In this document: positions 29,187-38,788 of the stretch, piece after piece
Position numbering within the stretch: position 1 is the stretch's first letter
Layout of the letters: the number at the start of each line of letters is the position of its first letter
NCBI GenBank assembly: GCA_009929265.1
Contig: SAAU01000003.1
Coordinates: 86,836 to 150,835, forward strand
Direction: 5' to 3'
Length of the DNA stretch: 64,000 nt
DNA from: Alphaproteobacteria bacterium
GTDB lineage: Bacteria; Pseudomonadota; Alphaproteobacteria; CASFRQ01; SAAU01
The notes under the pieces: generated by a model
Told to the model about the DNA's origin: nothing
The model's input: only the letters and a program-made list of their open reading frames with translations
The model's database searches: none
Translations under genes and position numbers: made by a program

Positions 29187-30097
29187 AGACACATCCTATT
29201 TCTCATACCCCAAAAAATCTAAAGCTTAAACTTTTGGGCGTATTTCTTGGTTTTATCCTTTTAGGGGGCGGACTTGTCTTCTTTTTTGCAAAAAAAACAC
29301 TTCCTCTTTCTCAAAAAAACTTTCCCTCTTTTTACATTCAAGGGGGAGGAAAAAACACCTTAAACGACACTTATCTTTTTGATACATTAACATTTAAACC
29401 GTTAAAAAAAGTCAAATTCTCATCTCTTGAATATACCCTTTTAAAAGAAACCCAAACGCTTAAGATTAATCATTTTTCCTTTGATTTAGAAGCTTTCCTT
29501 CAAGAAAAATACGCTCAAAAAACAGATAGTTTTTCCTATACCCCCTATAAAGATATTATGAAAAAACCTTTAGAATCTTTATATGTTTTGGGAATAAAAA
29601 AATTAACTGGGGAAATTTTACTTTCTTTTCCAAAAGGAAACAAAGGGGCTTTCTCCGTCGAAATTAAAGATCCTCTTTTAGGCAGCTTCTTTTTTAAGGG
29701 GGTGTTGACTTCCCCATTTTCTCTTGATAAACGCTTTTTAGAAAAAGATATTTTAACGGAAGTCTTTCCAAAAATAGAACTTTCTCATATCGAAATTAAA
29801 TTCAAAAACACCGCGGGGCTTTTTCAAAAATATCAAGCCTATGCTTTGGCCTATTCCAAAAACACACATACTTCTTTTTGGAAAAAAGAAAAAACAGATT
29901 TTCTTTCCTCTATGGAAATCAATGGGTTATCAAAAGGGGAGCTTGCAAAGCTAGAAGAACAAATCGATAAACTTCACTCTAAAAATGAAGTTAAACTTTC
30001 TTCAAAGGATGCTCCACCGTTAAAAGGAGAAGATTTTTCTTACCTTTCTTGGATTGCCCTTTGGCACCGATTAAAAATAAAAATGGATGTTTTTTAA
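29174..30097 (+). CDS. Membrane-anchored hypothetical protein (307 aa)
   Basis: The preferred start is ATG 29174 (MRKIKTHPI...), 24 nt inside the track ORF and overlapping the upstream stop region. It has a single TM (LLGVFLGFILLGGGLVFFFA). I recognise no motif. Confidence 0.55.
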   Translation: MRKIKTHPISHTPKNLKLKLLGVFLGFILLGGGLVFFFAKKTLPLSQKNFPSFYIQGGGKNTLNDTYLFDTLTFKPLKKVKFSSLEYTLLKETQTLKINHFSFDLEAFLQEKYAQKTDSFSYTPYKDIMKKPLESLYVLGIKKLTGEILLSFPKGNKGAFSVEIKDPLLGSFFFKGVLTSPFSLDKRFLEKDILTEVFPKIELSHIEIKFKNTAGLFQKYQAYALAYSKNTHTSFWKKEKTDFLSSMEINGLSKGELAKLEEQIDKLHSKNEVKLSSKDAPPLKGEDFSYLSWIALWHRLKIKMDVF

Positions 30098-30134
30098 CAC
30101 TTTTCTTAAAGACCGTGTCTTTTTGGCTAACCCC

Positions 30135-30452
30135 TTATAAAGAAATAGTCAAAATAAAGGATAGGAAGCACCAAAACACAATGACACTTAAAAAGAAACT
30201 TCTTAGAACCCAAAAGAAACTATCCTTAATATAAGCATGATCCATCCGTTGGAAAACCATCCAAAAAATAAGGCGCATCCAGCCAAAAAGAACGAAAAGT
30301 AAAACATAAAAGCCTGGAATAATCGCATTTGAAAAGAAATTATCCTGCTGTGAAGGGATGTTTAGAATAAAAATACCAAATAAAATTCCAACAATACTAT
30401 ACGGTCTTAAAATAACACCACTTTTTAAAAAATTAAAAAGCCCTTTAATCAT
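30135..30452 (-). CDS. Small polytopic membrane protein (105 aa), hypothetical
   Basis: Three hydrophobic segments. It lies 23 nt downstream of the OmpA-like gene on the same strand. Confidence 0.45.
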   Translation of the reverse strand: MIKGLFNFLKSGVILRPYSIVGILFGIFILNIPSQQDNFFSNAIIPGFYVLLFVLFGWMRLIFWMVFQRMDHAYIKDSFFWVLRSFFLSVIVFWCFLSFILTISL

Positions 30453-30475
30453 CTAAACATCCCCCTCTTTTTTTC

Positions 30476-30934
30476 TTATTTCATAAAATCCAAAACAACC
30501 CGACGATTAAGTGCCCGTCCGTCATCTGTTTTATTGGAAGCAACTGGATAGTCTTCCCCATAAGATTCAACTGTAATGCGTTGAGGATCGATTCCTTTTT
30601 TAATCATCTCTCTGGCAACAGAAATAGCTCTCTTTTCGCCTAATTTTTTATTATAAGCCTTTGTCCCAACAGCGTCTGCATAGCCTTTGGCCACGACATT
30701 AAGCTCAGGAGAAGCATGCAACATCTGAACAGTTGTATCTAAAGGAGAAATCATTTCCTTTTTCAATTTATAAGAATCGAAATCAAATTTTGCAAAGGAA
30801 ACAGGATCCATCACAACTTCCTCTTCACAAATGTAATCGAGTGGAAGATTGCTGCTTGACATTGAAAGCGTAGAACAGGCGCCTAAAAGCAATGAAAAAG
30901 CACTAACGGCTGCCATTTTTTGAAAATTTCTCAT
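30476..30934 (-). CDS. OmpA-family peptidoglycan-associated lipoprotein (Pal-like)
   Basis: The start is set at ATG 30932-30934, preceded by AAGGAG. The lipobox is SLLLGAC-S. The OmpA C-terminal domain is GYADAVGTKAYNKKLGEKRAISV...NRRVVLDF. Confidence 0.85.
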   Translation of the reverse strand: MRNFQKMAAVSAFSLLLGACSTLSMSSSNLPLDYICEEEVVMDPVSFAKFDFDSYKLKKEMISPLDTTVQMLHASPELNVVAKGYADAVGTKAYNKKLGEKRAISVAREMIKKGIDPQRITVESYGEDYPVASNKTDDGRALNRRVVLDFMK

Positions 30935-31101
30935 TTTTTTCTCCTTAAAAAAACTTTTTTCTACTTTTTCTTTTTTAGCCCTTTTCACAAAAAAGAGCAA
31001 CCCTTAAATTTTCTAAATTTTTCCTCTTTAAAAATTTTCAAACCTTGTAAAACAAAACAAAAAGGGGTATAACACTTTTAAAATAAAAAATAGGTGAAAA
31101 T

Positions 31102-32673
31102 ATGAAAAAATCGTTCTTCTTTATTCTCGGGCTGTCGCTCTTTTTGACAACTCTTCAACTTCCCTCCATCTTAACCTATACTGAAATTGGAACGCCTTCC
31201 CTTTACTGGAAACGCTTTTTGCAAGAAGCTTTAGCTGGAACTTTTTGTCTGTTTGGATTTTTATATCTTTCCAATTTTTACAAACTTTCCAGAAGGATTA
31301 TTTGGCCCCTTCTTATTACTGGGTGCGTCACTTACGCCTATTTTTCACACTTTTTTAAGTATTATTTAGATCTTGAAATGCTCTCCCTTGTGATGGGCGG
31401 GACGCAAACGGAATTCTTCTCCATGTTCCCGTATACAGCAACTCTTTTGGGACTTTTTTTATCCGCTCTTATCCTTTTTATTCAAGAAAGAAAAGCCTTT
31501 GTTTTACCCCTAAAAAAGCTTTGGATAGGGATTTCTTTTTTGCTTATTCTTATCTGTTTTGTTTCAAGAAAAGTGGGCTCTTCCACCGTTCCAATGAACC
31601 TTCTTCACAGCGCAAAGCTTTACGCCTTTTTGCAAACGCCAGATAGGAAAGCCTTGCCTCCTGCTCATACAAAAGAAGTGTTCCCGAACAATCGCGTTTT
31701 TGGACTTATCCGTTTAGAGAGTATGACCGGCACAAAGCATTTTCCAAACGGGTATCGGCGCAACAATATGCCGCTTGTCAATGGGATTAAAAATATTGTC
31801 AACTTTCCAAACTTTTACGCCCTTGGGCAACGCACAAGTGTAGCCACACCCTTTATGTTTACACGTGCTGGCGAAGAGCATCCAGAGCGCTCCAAAAATG
31901 AGCAAAGTTTCATCAAATTTTTCAGGGATTTAGGCTGGCAAACCCTTTTTGAATCCCCGAGTGAAGCCAATTTTTCAAAGCCTTTCAGGTTCTATAACAC
32001 CATTGCCGAAGAAGCCGAGGAACACTCCTATGTCCTAGAAGATGAAGATGTGCCGCCTTTTTATAACTCCTATATGGAAAAGCAAACAAAGCCTTTATTC
32101 TTAAGCATTGGCTTTAACTCTGTTCACCGCCCGTTTGGCCGTCGTCCAAAAACGGAAGTCTACTACACGCCAGATTGTTATGCCCAAAATTTGGATGAGC
32201 TATTGGCTTGCTCTTTTGAAGCGATGAATAACGCTTACGACAACGAAGTGCGTTTCATTGATAGGCTTTTGGCCAAAATTATTGGGTATACGACGAAAAA
32301 AGAGGCTCTCCTTTTCTTTGTTTCGGATCATGGAGAAATGCTAAATGATGAAGGATTCCATCGTCCTGTTAAAGGAGATAGAGCTAAATGCAAATCTTTA
32401 AGAAATGTGGTTGCTTTTGCTTGGGCGTCTGATTCGTGGCGCGCAAAATACCCACAAAAATGGGCAAATCTTCAAAAGAATGCCCCTTACTATATGAATG
32501 CTGAGGTTTTATTTCACTCCGCTTTGGAATGCAACAACATCGAAAGCGACAGTGTTGATAAAACGAAAAGCGTTTGTTCCCCCACTTTTAAGGAAAATAC
32601 GATTTTCAAAAAACGCTATGAAAATGCAGGCGATATTGACCCGATTAAAGAAGGCATCAACCTAATTTTCTAA
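31102..32673 (+). CDS. Phosphoethanolamine transferase-like sulfatase-family membrane enzyme (EptA-like)
   Basis: 523 aa. The N-terminus has about 5 TMs, followed by a periplasmic alkaline-phosphatase-superfamily domain. The nucleophile region is QRTSVATPFMFTR and the distal motif is FFVSDHGEML. Confidence 0.7.
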   Translation: MKKSFFFILGLSLFLTTLQLPSILTYTEIGTPSLYWKRFLQEALAGTFCLFGFLYLSNFYKLSRRIIWPLLITGCVTYAYFSHFFKYYLDLEMLSLVMGGTQTEFFSMFPYTATLLGLFLSALILFIQERKAFVLPLKKLWIGISFLLILICFVSRKVGSSTVPMNLLHSAKLYAFLQTPDRKALPPAHTKEVFPNNRVFGLIRLESMTGTKHFPNGYRRNNMPLVNGIKNIVNFPNFYALGQRTSVATPFMFTRAGEEHPERSKNEQSFIKFFRDLGWQTLFESPSEANFSKPFRFYNTIAEEAEEHSYVLEDEDVPPFYNSYMEKQTKPLFLSIGFNSVHRPFGRRPKTEVYYTPDCYAQNLDELLACSFEAMNNAYDNEVRFIDRLLAKIIGYTTKKEALLFFVSDHGEMLNDEGFHRPVKGDRAKCKSLRNVVAFAWASDSWRAKYPQKWANLQKNAPYYMNAEVLFHSALECNNIESDSVDKTKSVCSPTFKENTIFKKRYENAGDIDPIKEGINLIF

Positions 32674-32700
32674 CGCGTCTTGAGTTGAAAAAGTCCTAAT

Positions 32701-32738
32701 AAAAGCTGCCTTATTGATTAAAGCAGCTTTTATTTTTT
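32701..32738. terminator. Bidirectional terminator between convergent eptA-like and tyrS genes
   Basis: AAAAGCTGC (32701-32709) pairs with GCAGCTTTT (32723-32731). T-runs follow on both strands. Confidence 0.75.
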
Positions 32739-32757
32739 GATAAGACCCTTTTGAAAG

Positions 32758-33963
32758 TTAAGCGATTTTGAAAAAGGTTCCCTTTCCAATTTGAATAATT
32801 GTCCCGGATTGAAGCGCAGAAAGCCCATCAACATCAGTCACTTTTTCTTCGTTAATTTTAACAGCATTACCTTTAAATAAGCGACGAATTTCCGATTTTG
32901 ACTTATACTTTCCGGTTTGAAGCAAGGCCTCAAGTAAAGCAAATCCAACCTCTTTTCCCGCCTCTAAAGAAAGCTCTTTGACGTCTTCCGGCGCTTTTTG
33001 CTTTTGGAAAGCTTGCACAAAATGCTCTTTGGCATTCAAAGCTTCTTCCTTTGAATGGTAAAGCGACGTAATTTCCAAAGCAAGCTCCATTTTAACATCT
33101 CTTGGATTTTCCCCTTTTGCAAGGCGAGAGACAATTTCAGCCACATTATCTGGATGAACATCTGTGCATAAATTATAATATTTAACAATCAAATCATCTG
33201 GAATTTTCATGACTTTTTCATACATCACTGCGGCGTCATCATTCACCCCAATGTAATTGCCAAGACTTTTACTCATCTTTTCAACGCCATCAATGCCTTC
33301 CAAAATAGGAACAAAAAGCGTGATTTGAGGATCTTGGTTAAAGTCCTTTTGAATATTCCGGCCCATTAAAATGTTAAAGGTTTGATCTGTCCCTCCAAGC
33401 TCAATATCTGCTTTAATGGCAACAGAATCATAGGCCTGCATCAAAGGATAGAAAAATTCGTGCAAAGCAATCGGCTGTCTTTTTTCATAGCGATTATGAA
33501 AATCATCCCGTTCCAACAAACGTGCAACCGTCGTTTTGGCCGCAAGATTGATAACGTCTTCAAAGTTCAACTTTGAAAGCCATTCACTGTTAAAACGAAC
33601 TTCCGTTAATTCTGGTTTTAAGATACGAAAAATTTGCTTTTGGTAAGTTTCAGCATTTTCTTGAACTTGCTTTTTTGAAAGTTGCTTTCTTGTTTTAGAT
33701 TTTCCTGTTGGATCCCCAATCATCCCTGTAAAATCGCCAATAATGATAATGGCTTTATGACCAAGCTCTTGCAACTGGCGAATTTTACGCAAAACAACGG
33801 CATGCCCTAAGTGAATATCTGGCGCAGAGGGATCTAACCCCAATTTAATCCGAAGCGGACGATTTTCGGCATCAACTTTTTTCAATTTTTCTTCAATATC
33901 TTTTGGATCTGTCGAATCGGCTACCCCTTTTAACATAACCTTAATCGTATTTTGAATATCCAT
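32758..33963 (-). CDS. tyrS: Tyrosine--tRNA ligase
   Basis: Class I motifs are HLGH (DIHLGHAV) and KMSKS (KMSKSLGN). The C-terminus is an S4-like domain. The start is set at ATG 33961-33963 (MDIQNT...), preceded by AAGGAGAGGA. Confidence 0.94.
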   Translation of the reverse strand: MDIQNTIKVMLKGVADSTDPKDIEEKLKKVDAENRPLRIKLGLDPSAPDIHLGHAVVLRKIRQLQELGHKAIIIIGDFTGMIGDPTGKSKTRKQLSKKQVQENAETYQKQIFRILKPELTEVRFNSEWLSKLNFEDVINLAAKTTVARLLERDDFHNRYEKRQPIALHEFFYPLMQAYDSVAIKADIELGGTDQTFNILMGRNIQKDFNQDPQITLFVPILEGIDGVEKMSKSLGNYIGVNDDAAVMYEKVMKIPDDLIVKYYNLCTDVHPDNVAEIVSRLAKGENPRDVKMELALEITSLYHSKEEALNAKEHFVQAFQKQKAPEDVKELSLEAGKEVGFALLEALLQTGKYKSKSEIRRLFKGNAVKINEEKVTDVDGLSALQSGTIIQIGKGTFFKIA

Positions 33964-34050
33964 AAATAAATTCCTCTCCTTAAAATATTCTTTAGATTTC
34001 TTGAAAGAATACACTTTTTAAGCCTTTTTTTCAAGGATTTTATAGGATTT

Positions 34051-34090
34051 AAAAATAAAAAAGCAGCCTCTCTTAAAGCTGCTTTTTTTG
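34051..34090 (-). terminator. Rho-independent terminator after tRNA-Ala
   Basis: On the minus strand, AAGCAGC...GCTGCTT (34061-34067 / 34078-34084) is followed by TTTTATTTTT. Confidence 0.7.
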
Positions 34091-34093
34091 AAC

Positions 34094-34169
34094 TGGTGGA
34101 GATGAGGGGAATCGAACCCCTGACCTACGCATTGCGAACGCGTCGCTCTCCCATCTGAGCTACACCCCC
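34094..34169 (-). tRNA. tRNA-Ala (anticodon CGC)
   Basis: The reverse complement GGGGGTGTAGCTCAGATGGGAGAGCGACGCGTTCGCAATGCGTAGGTCAGGGGTTCGATTCCCCTCATCTCCACCA folds as a cloverleaf. The anticodon loop is TTCGCAA. The G3:U70 Ala identity pair is present and CCA is encoded. Confidence 0.93.
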
Positions 34170-34217
34170 ATTGCAAAACCCTTTTCCTTTTAAAAGGCTT
34201 AAGTTTTTTGCAAAAGA

Positions 34218-34246
34218 AATATGTCCTTTTTTTAATCCTTTGTCAA
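34218..34246 (-). promoter_or_regulatory. Putative sigma70-type promoter for tRNA-Ala
   Basis: On the minus strand, TTGACA (34241-34246), a 17-nt spacer, then CATATT (34218-34223). The -35 context TTGACAAAGGATT is identical to the one upstream of tRNA-fMet. Confidence 0.45.
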
Positions 34247-34248
34247 TC

Positions 34249-36864
34249 CTATTTCTGTTTTTGAGGCGGAATATAATCCATATCAATCAACACTTCTTGA
34301 ATTTCAAAGGTTTTCCCCTCTGATAAACAAAGAGCCTTAGAAGACAAAGAGCCAACGTTGTCAATATCCTCTTTGCCCTCTTTCAAAACATCCATTTGGG
34401 TTTGAGGAAGCATAACTTTTACAGAGAGAACAGGAGTTTTTTGACTTTTCCCAGCTTCTGTTTTGGCTTTCCGAATTTCAACAATCAAAGGAAGCGTTAA
34501 ATCATAGAGCATCCCCTCTTTATCATCTACAAGACCGTTAAATTCTTCCGCCTTTGGCCAAGATTCGTTATGCAAAGACCCCTCTTTGTTTTTCCAAGTG
34601 CACGCCTGATAAACTTCCTCCGTGATAAACGGACAGAACGGCGCCAAAAGACGTGTAAAGACATCTATCGTTTTCATTAAAGAGGCCACCGCAGAGGCAT
34701 TATCTTCCGAATAAGCCCTAGATTTAATCAATTCCAAATAGTTATCACAAAAATCCCAAAAACGAGCTTCAATGACTTCTAAAGCCTGCGCATAATCAAA
34801 TTGCTCAAAGCCTTTTGTAGCCGAGGAAACTGTCTCTTGCAATTTCGTCATCCACGCTTTATCCATTGGTTTTTGGATATGCTTTTCATAAAACGCTTCT
34901 TCAGATAGAGAACTTTCAGAAATAATACTCAAAGCAAATCGACTGGCATTAAAGAACTTCGTTGCAAACTTTTTGCCTTGACCCATCACTTTTTCATCAA
35001 AGGCCGTATCAATCCCCAATCTAGCGCGCGTTGACCAATAGCGAACAGCATCTGCTGAATGGGTATCAATGAGGCCTTGAGGGGTCACAACATTGCCTTT
35101 AGACTTACTCATCTTCTTTCTATCAGGATCCAAAATAAACCCACTGATAAGAGCTTTTGTCCAAGGAATCGTGTTTGAATGAAGCAACGCTTTGGCTGTT
35201 GTGTAAAAAGCCCATGTCCGAATAATATCATGCGCTTGAGGACGAATATCAAACGGTAAAGAAAGATGACCTTCTTTGCCAAGCCCACTCATCGCAATTT
35301 GCGGGGTTAAGGCACTGGTTGCCCAAGTATCCATCACATCTTTATCCCCAACAAAGCCATTTACTTGTCCTCTTTGATCTTCCGTATACCCCTTTGGCGT
35401 ATCGGTCATTGGATCAACAGGAAGAGAGGCTTTATCAGCCACAATGGGGTTATCAAAATCAGGTTCCCCTTGGGCATCTAATGGATACCAAACAGGGAAA
35501 GGCACCCCAAAGAAACGTTGTCTGGAAATGCACCAATCTTGGTTCAACCCTTCGGCCCATTCAACAAAACGATGTTGCATATAAGGCGGTTTCCATTCAA
35601 TCTTTTTCCCTGCTTCAATCAAGCGTTCTTTTTCATCTAAAAGCTTAATAAACCATTGACGAGAAGAGACAAATTCCAAAGGCAAGCTTCCTTTTTCATA
35701 GAATTTAACCGGATGAACCAAAGGACGAGGTTCCCCTTTTAAAGCCCCTTCTTCTCTTAATAAGTCGACAATTTTTTCCTTGGCTTGTTTGATTTTTAAG
35801 CCCTTTATTTGGCTATAATTTTCATTTGCTTTTTGAGGATTAAGACTATCAAATGGCGCTTTCCCATATTCAACGTCAAGCATTCTGCCATTTAGGCCAA
35901 TCACTTGTTTAATTGGAAGTCCTGACTTTTTCCACCAAGCGACATCGGCGGCATCCCCAAAAGTACAAACCATCATAATCCCCGTTCCCTTATCCATTTC
36001 GGCATGTTCAGAAGGAACAATTGGAACAGGAATATCAAACAAAGGCACAATGGCTTTTTTTCCAAAGAACTTTTGATAGCGTTCATCCTCTGGGTGCGCA
36101 ACGATAGCTAAACAAGCCGGAAGAAGCTCTGGTCGTGTTGTGGCAATGATAAAGCTTTCTTCCTCGCCTTCAATCTTAAATTCCAAATCATGGAAGTGGC
36201 CGGGCATATCTCTGTCTTCAATTTCAGCTTGCGCAATGGCAGATTGGAATGTTGTATCCCACATTGTTGGCGCTTCAACAGAGGCCACTTTTCCCTTTTC
36301 AAACAAATCTACAAAGGAGGTTTGCGAAATCTTAATTGTGCTAGAGCTGATTGTTGTATATTTCAAACTCCAATCATAGGAATGTCCTACATTGCGAAAT
36401 ACGTCTTCAAAAACGCCCTCATCAGAGGCTGTCAAAGTCTCACAAGCTTCAATAAAATTGCGACGAGAGACTTCTTTTAATGGAGATTTATCCTTTGGAT
36501 TATGTTCTGGGATAAATCCCTCCTCATAAGGCAAACTTGGATTACATGTAATGTTATAGTAGTTTTGAACCCGTCTTTCTGTTGGAAGGCCATTGTCATC
36601 CCATCCGATTGGATAGAAAACAGATTTACCTTTCATGCGTTGATAGCGGGCAATCGCATCTGTTTGCGTATAGCTGAAAATATGTCCAATATGCAAAGAT
36701 CCTGACACCGTAGGAGGCGGTGTATCAATCACAAATGAATTTTCTCTGGAAGCTGTCCTGTCGTATTTATAGACTTGCTCCTCTTCCCAATAACGCATAC
36801 ATCTTTGTTCAATTTCTTTTGCGTTGTATTTGTTATCCAACGACTTTGTTTGTTTATATGACAT
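34249..36864 (-). CDS. valS: Valine--tRNA ligase
   Basis: 871 aa. It has a HIGH-type motif (SLHIGHIF), KMSKS (KMSKSKGN) and a CP1 editing insert. Confidence 0.96.
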   Translation of the reverse strand: MSYKQTKSLDNKYNAKEIEQRCMRYWEEEQVYKYDRTASRENSFVIDTPPPTVSGSLHIGHIFSYTQTDAIARYQRMKGKSVFYPIGWDDNGLPTERRVQNYYNITCNPSLPYEEGFIPEHNPKDKSPLKEVSRRNFIEACETLTASDEGVFEDVFRNVGHSYDWSLKYTTISSSTIKISQTSFVDLFEKGKVASVEAPTMWDTTFQSAIAQAEIEDRDMPGHFHDLEFKIEGEEESFIIATTRPELLPACLAIVAHPEDERYQKFFGKKAIVPLFDIPVPIVPSEHAEMDKGTGIMMVCTFGDAADVAWWKKSGLPIKQVIGLNGRMLDVEYGKAPFDSLNPQKANENYSQIKGLKIKQAKEKIVDLLREEGALKGEPRPLVHPVKFYEKGSLPLEFVSSRQWFIKLLDEKERLIEAGKKIEWKPPYMQHRFVEWAEGLNQDWCISRQRFFGVPFPVWYPLDAQGEPDFDNPIVADKASLPVDPMTDTPKGYTEDQRGQVNGFVGDKDVMDTWATSALTPQIAMSGLGKEGHLSLPFDIRPQAHDIIRTWAFYTTAKALLHSNTIPWTKALISGFILDPDRKKMSKSKGNVVTPQGLIDTHSADAVRYWSTRARLGIDTAFDEKVMGQGKKFATKFFNASRFALSIISESSLSEEAFYEKHIQKPMDKAWMTKLQETVSSATKGFEQFDYAQALEVIEARFWDFCDNYLELIKSRAYSEDNASAVASLMKTIDVFTRLLAPFCPFITEEVYQACTWKNKEGSLHNESWPKAEEFNGLVDDKEGMLYDLTLPLIVEIRKAKTEAGKSQKTPVLSVKVMLPQTQMDVLKEGKEDIDNVGSLSSKALCLSEGKTFEIQEVLIDMDYIPPQKQK

Positions 36865-36974
36865 GTAAAAAACTCCTAAAACATAATTGCCCTAAACGTT
36901 ATCATAGAACGGATTTTAGGTCAATATTTTGTTCTTATTTTCCTTCAATTTTTGAAGATAATCATCCTTCTTTT

Positions 36975-37007
36975 GCAAAAAAAAGAAGCTTTATTAAAAG
37001 CCTCTTT
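36975..37007 (-). terminator. Rho-independent terminator of pgm
   Basis: On the minus-strand RNA, AAAGAGGCUUU pairs with AAAGCUUCUUU (one G:U pair, 4-nt loop) and is followed by a U-run. On the plus strand the same position is an A:C mismatch. Confidence 0.65.
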
Positions 37008-37029
37008 TTGTTTTTTCCTATCGTTTTTT

Positions 37030-38661
37030 TTAAGTAATTACCGTCGGGTATTTTCTGTTGGAAAGCTTTTCAAGGCAAGAAACGTTCAGCATACGCTCCA
37101 CCAAAGGGGCCAAAATTTCCGCCGCATCCTTTGAAAGGGCGTTGGGGTCTGTTTCTTCGTATTCCAAATAAACACGCAACGTTTTTCCACTTGAGCCCGT
37201 TCCAGAAAGGCGAAAAACAACGCGTTCCCCATTTTCAAAGCATAAACGAATGCCTTGAGAAAGTGCCTGTTCCCCAGTGACGCAATCGGTATAATCCCAT
37301 TTATCAAAGCTTTTAATTTTTTCACCCATAACTTCTGTTAAGGAAAAGTTCTCTTTTAAATGCGCCATAATATTATCTGCCTGTAAGGCTTCTAAGGTTT
37401 CATAATCATACCTTAAATAGTAATTTCGCCCATATTTTTGCCAATGTTCTTGCACGATTTGCGTCACAGATTTTTTCTCCTTTTCCAAAATGGAAAGCCA
37501 GAACAAAACTGCCCAAATACCGTCTTTTTCACGAATGTTAGAGCACCCACTGCCAAAACTTTCTTCCCCGCAAAAAGTGATTTTCCCCGCATCCATAAGG
37601 GAGGCAAAATATTTCCACCCTGTCGGCGTTTCAAAGAAATTAAGCCCCAAATCTTGCGCCACTTTATCCACAGCTGCACTGGTTGGCATGGAGCGCGCCA
37701 CGCCCTTCATCACCCCTTCTTTGGCATAAAAAGGCACATCTTTATAGTGCGCCACCAAAAGCGCCAAACTATCACTTGGGGTCACAAAGATCCCGCGTCC
37801 CAAAATCATATTCCTATCCCCGTCTCCGTCAGAAGCCGCCCCAAAATCAGGGGCCTTATCTGAAAACATAATATCCACTAAATCTTTAGCATACATTAGG
37901 TTTGGATCAGGATGAGCGCCTCCAAAATCCTCTAACGGCGTTCCCCTTAAAACCGTACCTTTTGGAGCCCCTAAAATCTCCTCAAAAATCCGATGGGCAT
38001 ACGGACCTGTCACCCCATTCATAGCATCAAACTTCATTCTAAAATGAGGAGAGCTTAAAAGCATCTTTAACTTATCAAAATCAAAAATCCCTTTTAAATA
38101 GGACACATAATCCTTAACCGAATCAACAAGTTCAATTTCGGTTTCGCCTGCTTTAATCGTCCCCAATTTAGAAAGCGAAACTTCCTCCATTTTTGCAATT
38201 TTATAGGAGATGAGCTTTTTTGATATTTCAAAGATTTTGTTTGTAATCTTGTCAGGCGCCCCGCCTCCATTTTCCATATCAACTTTAATGCCGAAATCCC
38301 CGTCAAGTCCCGCAGGATTATGACTAGCTGACAAAATAAAACCGGCCTTTGATTTAGATTTAATAATCAAGTTAGAGGCCGCCGGCGTTGAAAGAATCCC
38401 ATTTTGGCCAATAATGATTTTACGCACTTTTCGAGCAACAAGCATTTTAATCATCACCTGAATGGCATGTGTATTGAAATAGCGCCCATCGCCCCCCACA
38501 ACAACCGTCTCCCCTTCTAAAGATGGCAAAGCTTGAAGACTTGCTTCAATAAAGTTTTCCAAGTAATTTTCTTGACTGTAAACTTTTACTTTCTTTCTTA
38601 AGCCAGAGGTTCCTGGTTTTTGATCTTGATACGGTGTTGTGTTTTTGACTTCAATTTCCAT
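37030..38661 (-). CDS. pgm: Phosphoglucomutase (alpha-D-glucose-1,6-bisphosphate dependent)
   Basis: 543 aa. The phosphoserine loop is SASHNPAG, the Mg loop is ASDGDGDRNMI, and the sugar loop is GEESFG. Confidence 0.94.
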   Translation of the reverse strand: MEIEVKNTTPYQDQKPGTSGLRKKVKVYSQENYLENFIEASLQALPSLEGETVVVGGDGRYFNTHAIQVMIKMLVARKVRKIIIGQNGILSTPAASNLIIKSKSKAGFILSASHNPAGLDGDFGIKVDMENGGGAPDKITNKIFEISKKLISYKIAKMEEVSLSKLGTIKAGETEIELVDSVKDYVSYLKGIFDFDKLKMLLSSPHFRMKFDAMNGVTGPYAHRIFEEILGAPKGTVLRGTPLEDFGGAHPDPNLMYAKDLVDIMFSDKAPDFGAASDGDGDRNMILGRGIFVTPSDSLALLVAHYKDVPFYAKEGVMKGVARSMPTSAAVDKVAQDLGLNFFETPTGWKYFASLMDAGKITFCGEESFGSGCSNIREKDGIWAVLFWLSILEKEKKSVTQIVQEHWQKYGRNYYLRYDYETLEALQADNIMAHLKENFSLTEVMGEKIKSFDKWDYTDCVTGEQALSQGIRLCFENGERVVFRLSGTGSSGKTLRVYLEYEETDPNALSKDAAEILAPLVERMLNVSCLEKLSNRKYPTVIT

Positions 38662-38788
38662 ATTATCCCCCTTAAGACATTCTTTGAATCTATGACAATT
38701 TTAGAAGAATAAAAAAATAAATCAAAGTTTTTTTCTTTTATTTTTAAGATTGTCTGTCTATTATCAAGGAAAGAGGAAAGGACTTTTT

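Noticed and set aside
36108-37134. Plus-strand ORFs antisense to valS and across the valS-pgm spacer (including 36720-37037 and 36952-37134)
   Set aside because: They run through the valS start region, the pgm terminator hairpin and the pgm 3' end. The translations are low complexity. The spacer is better explained as the valS promoter plus the pgm terminator.
37438-37871. Several 60-141 aa ORFs on both strands inside pgm
   Set aside because: They are shadow frames of a strongly supported phosphoglucomutase gene. The translations are Pro/Arg/His-rich nonsense with no motifs.
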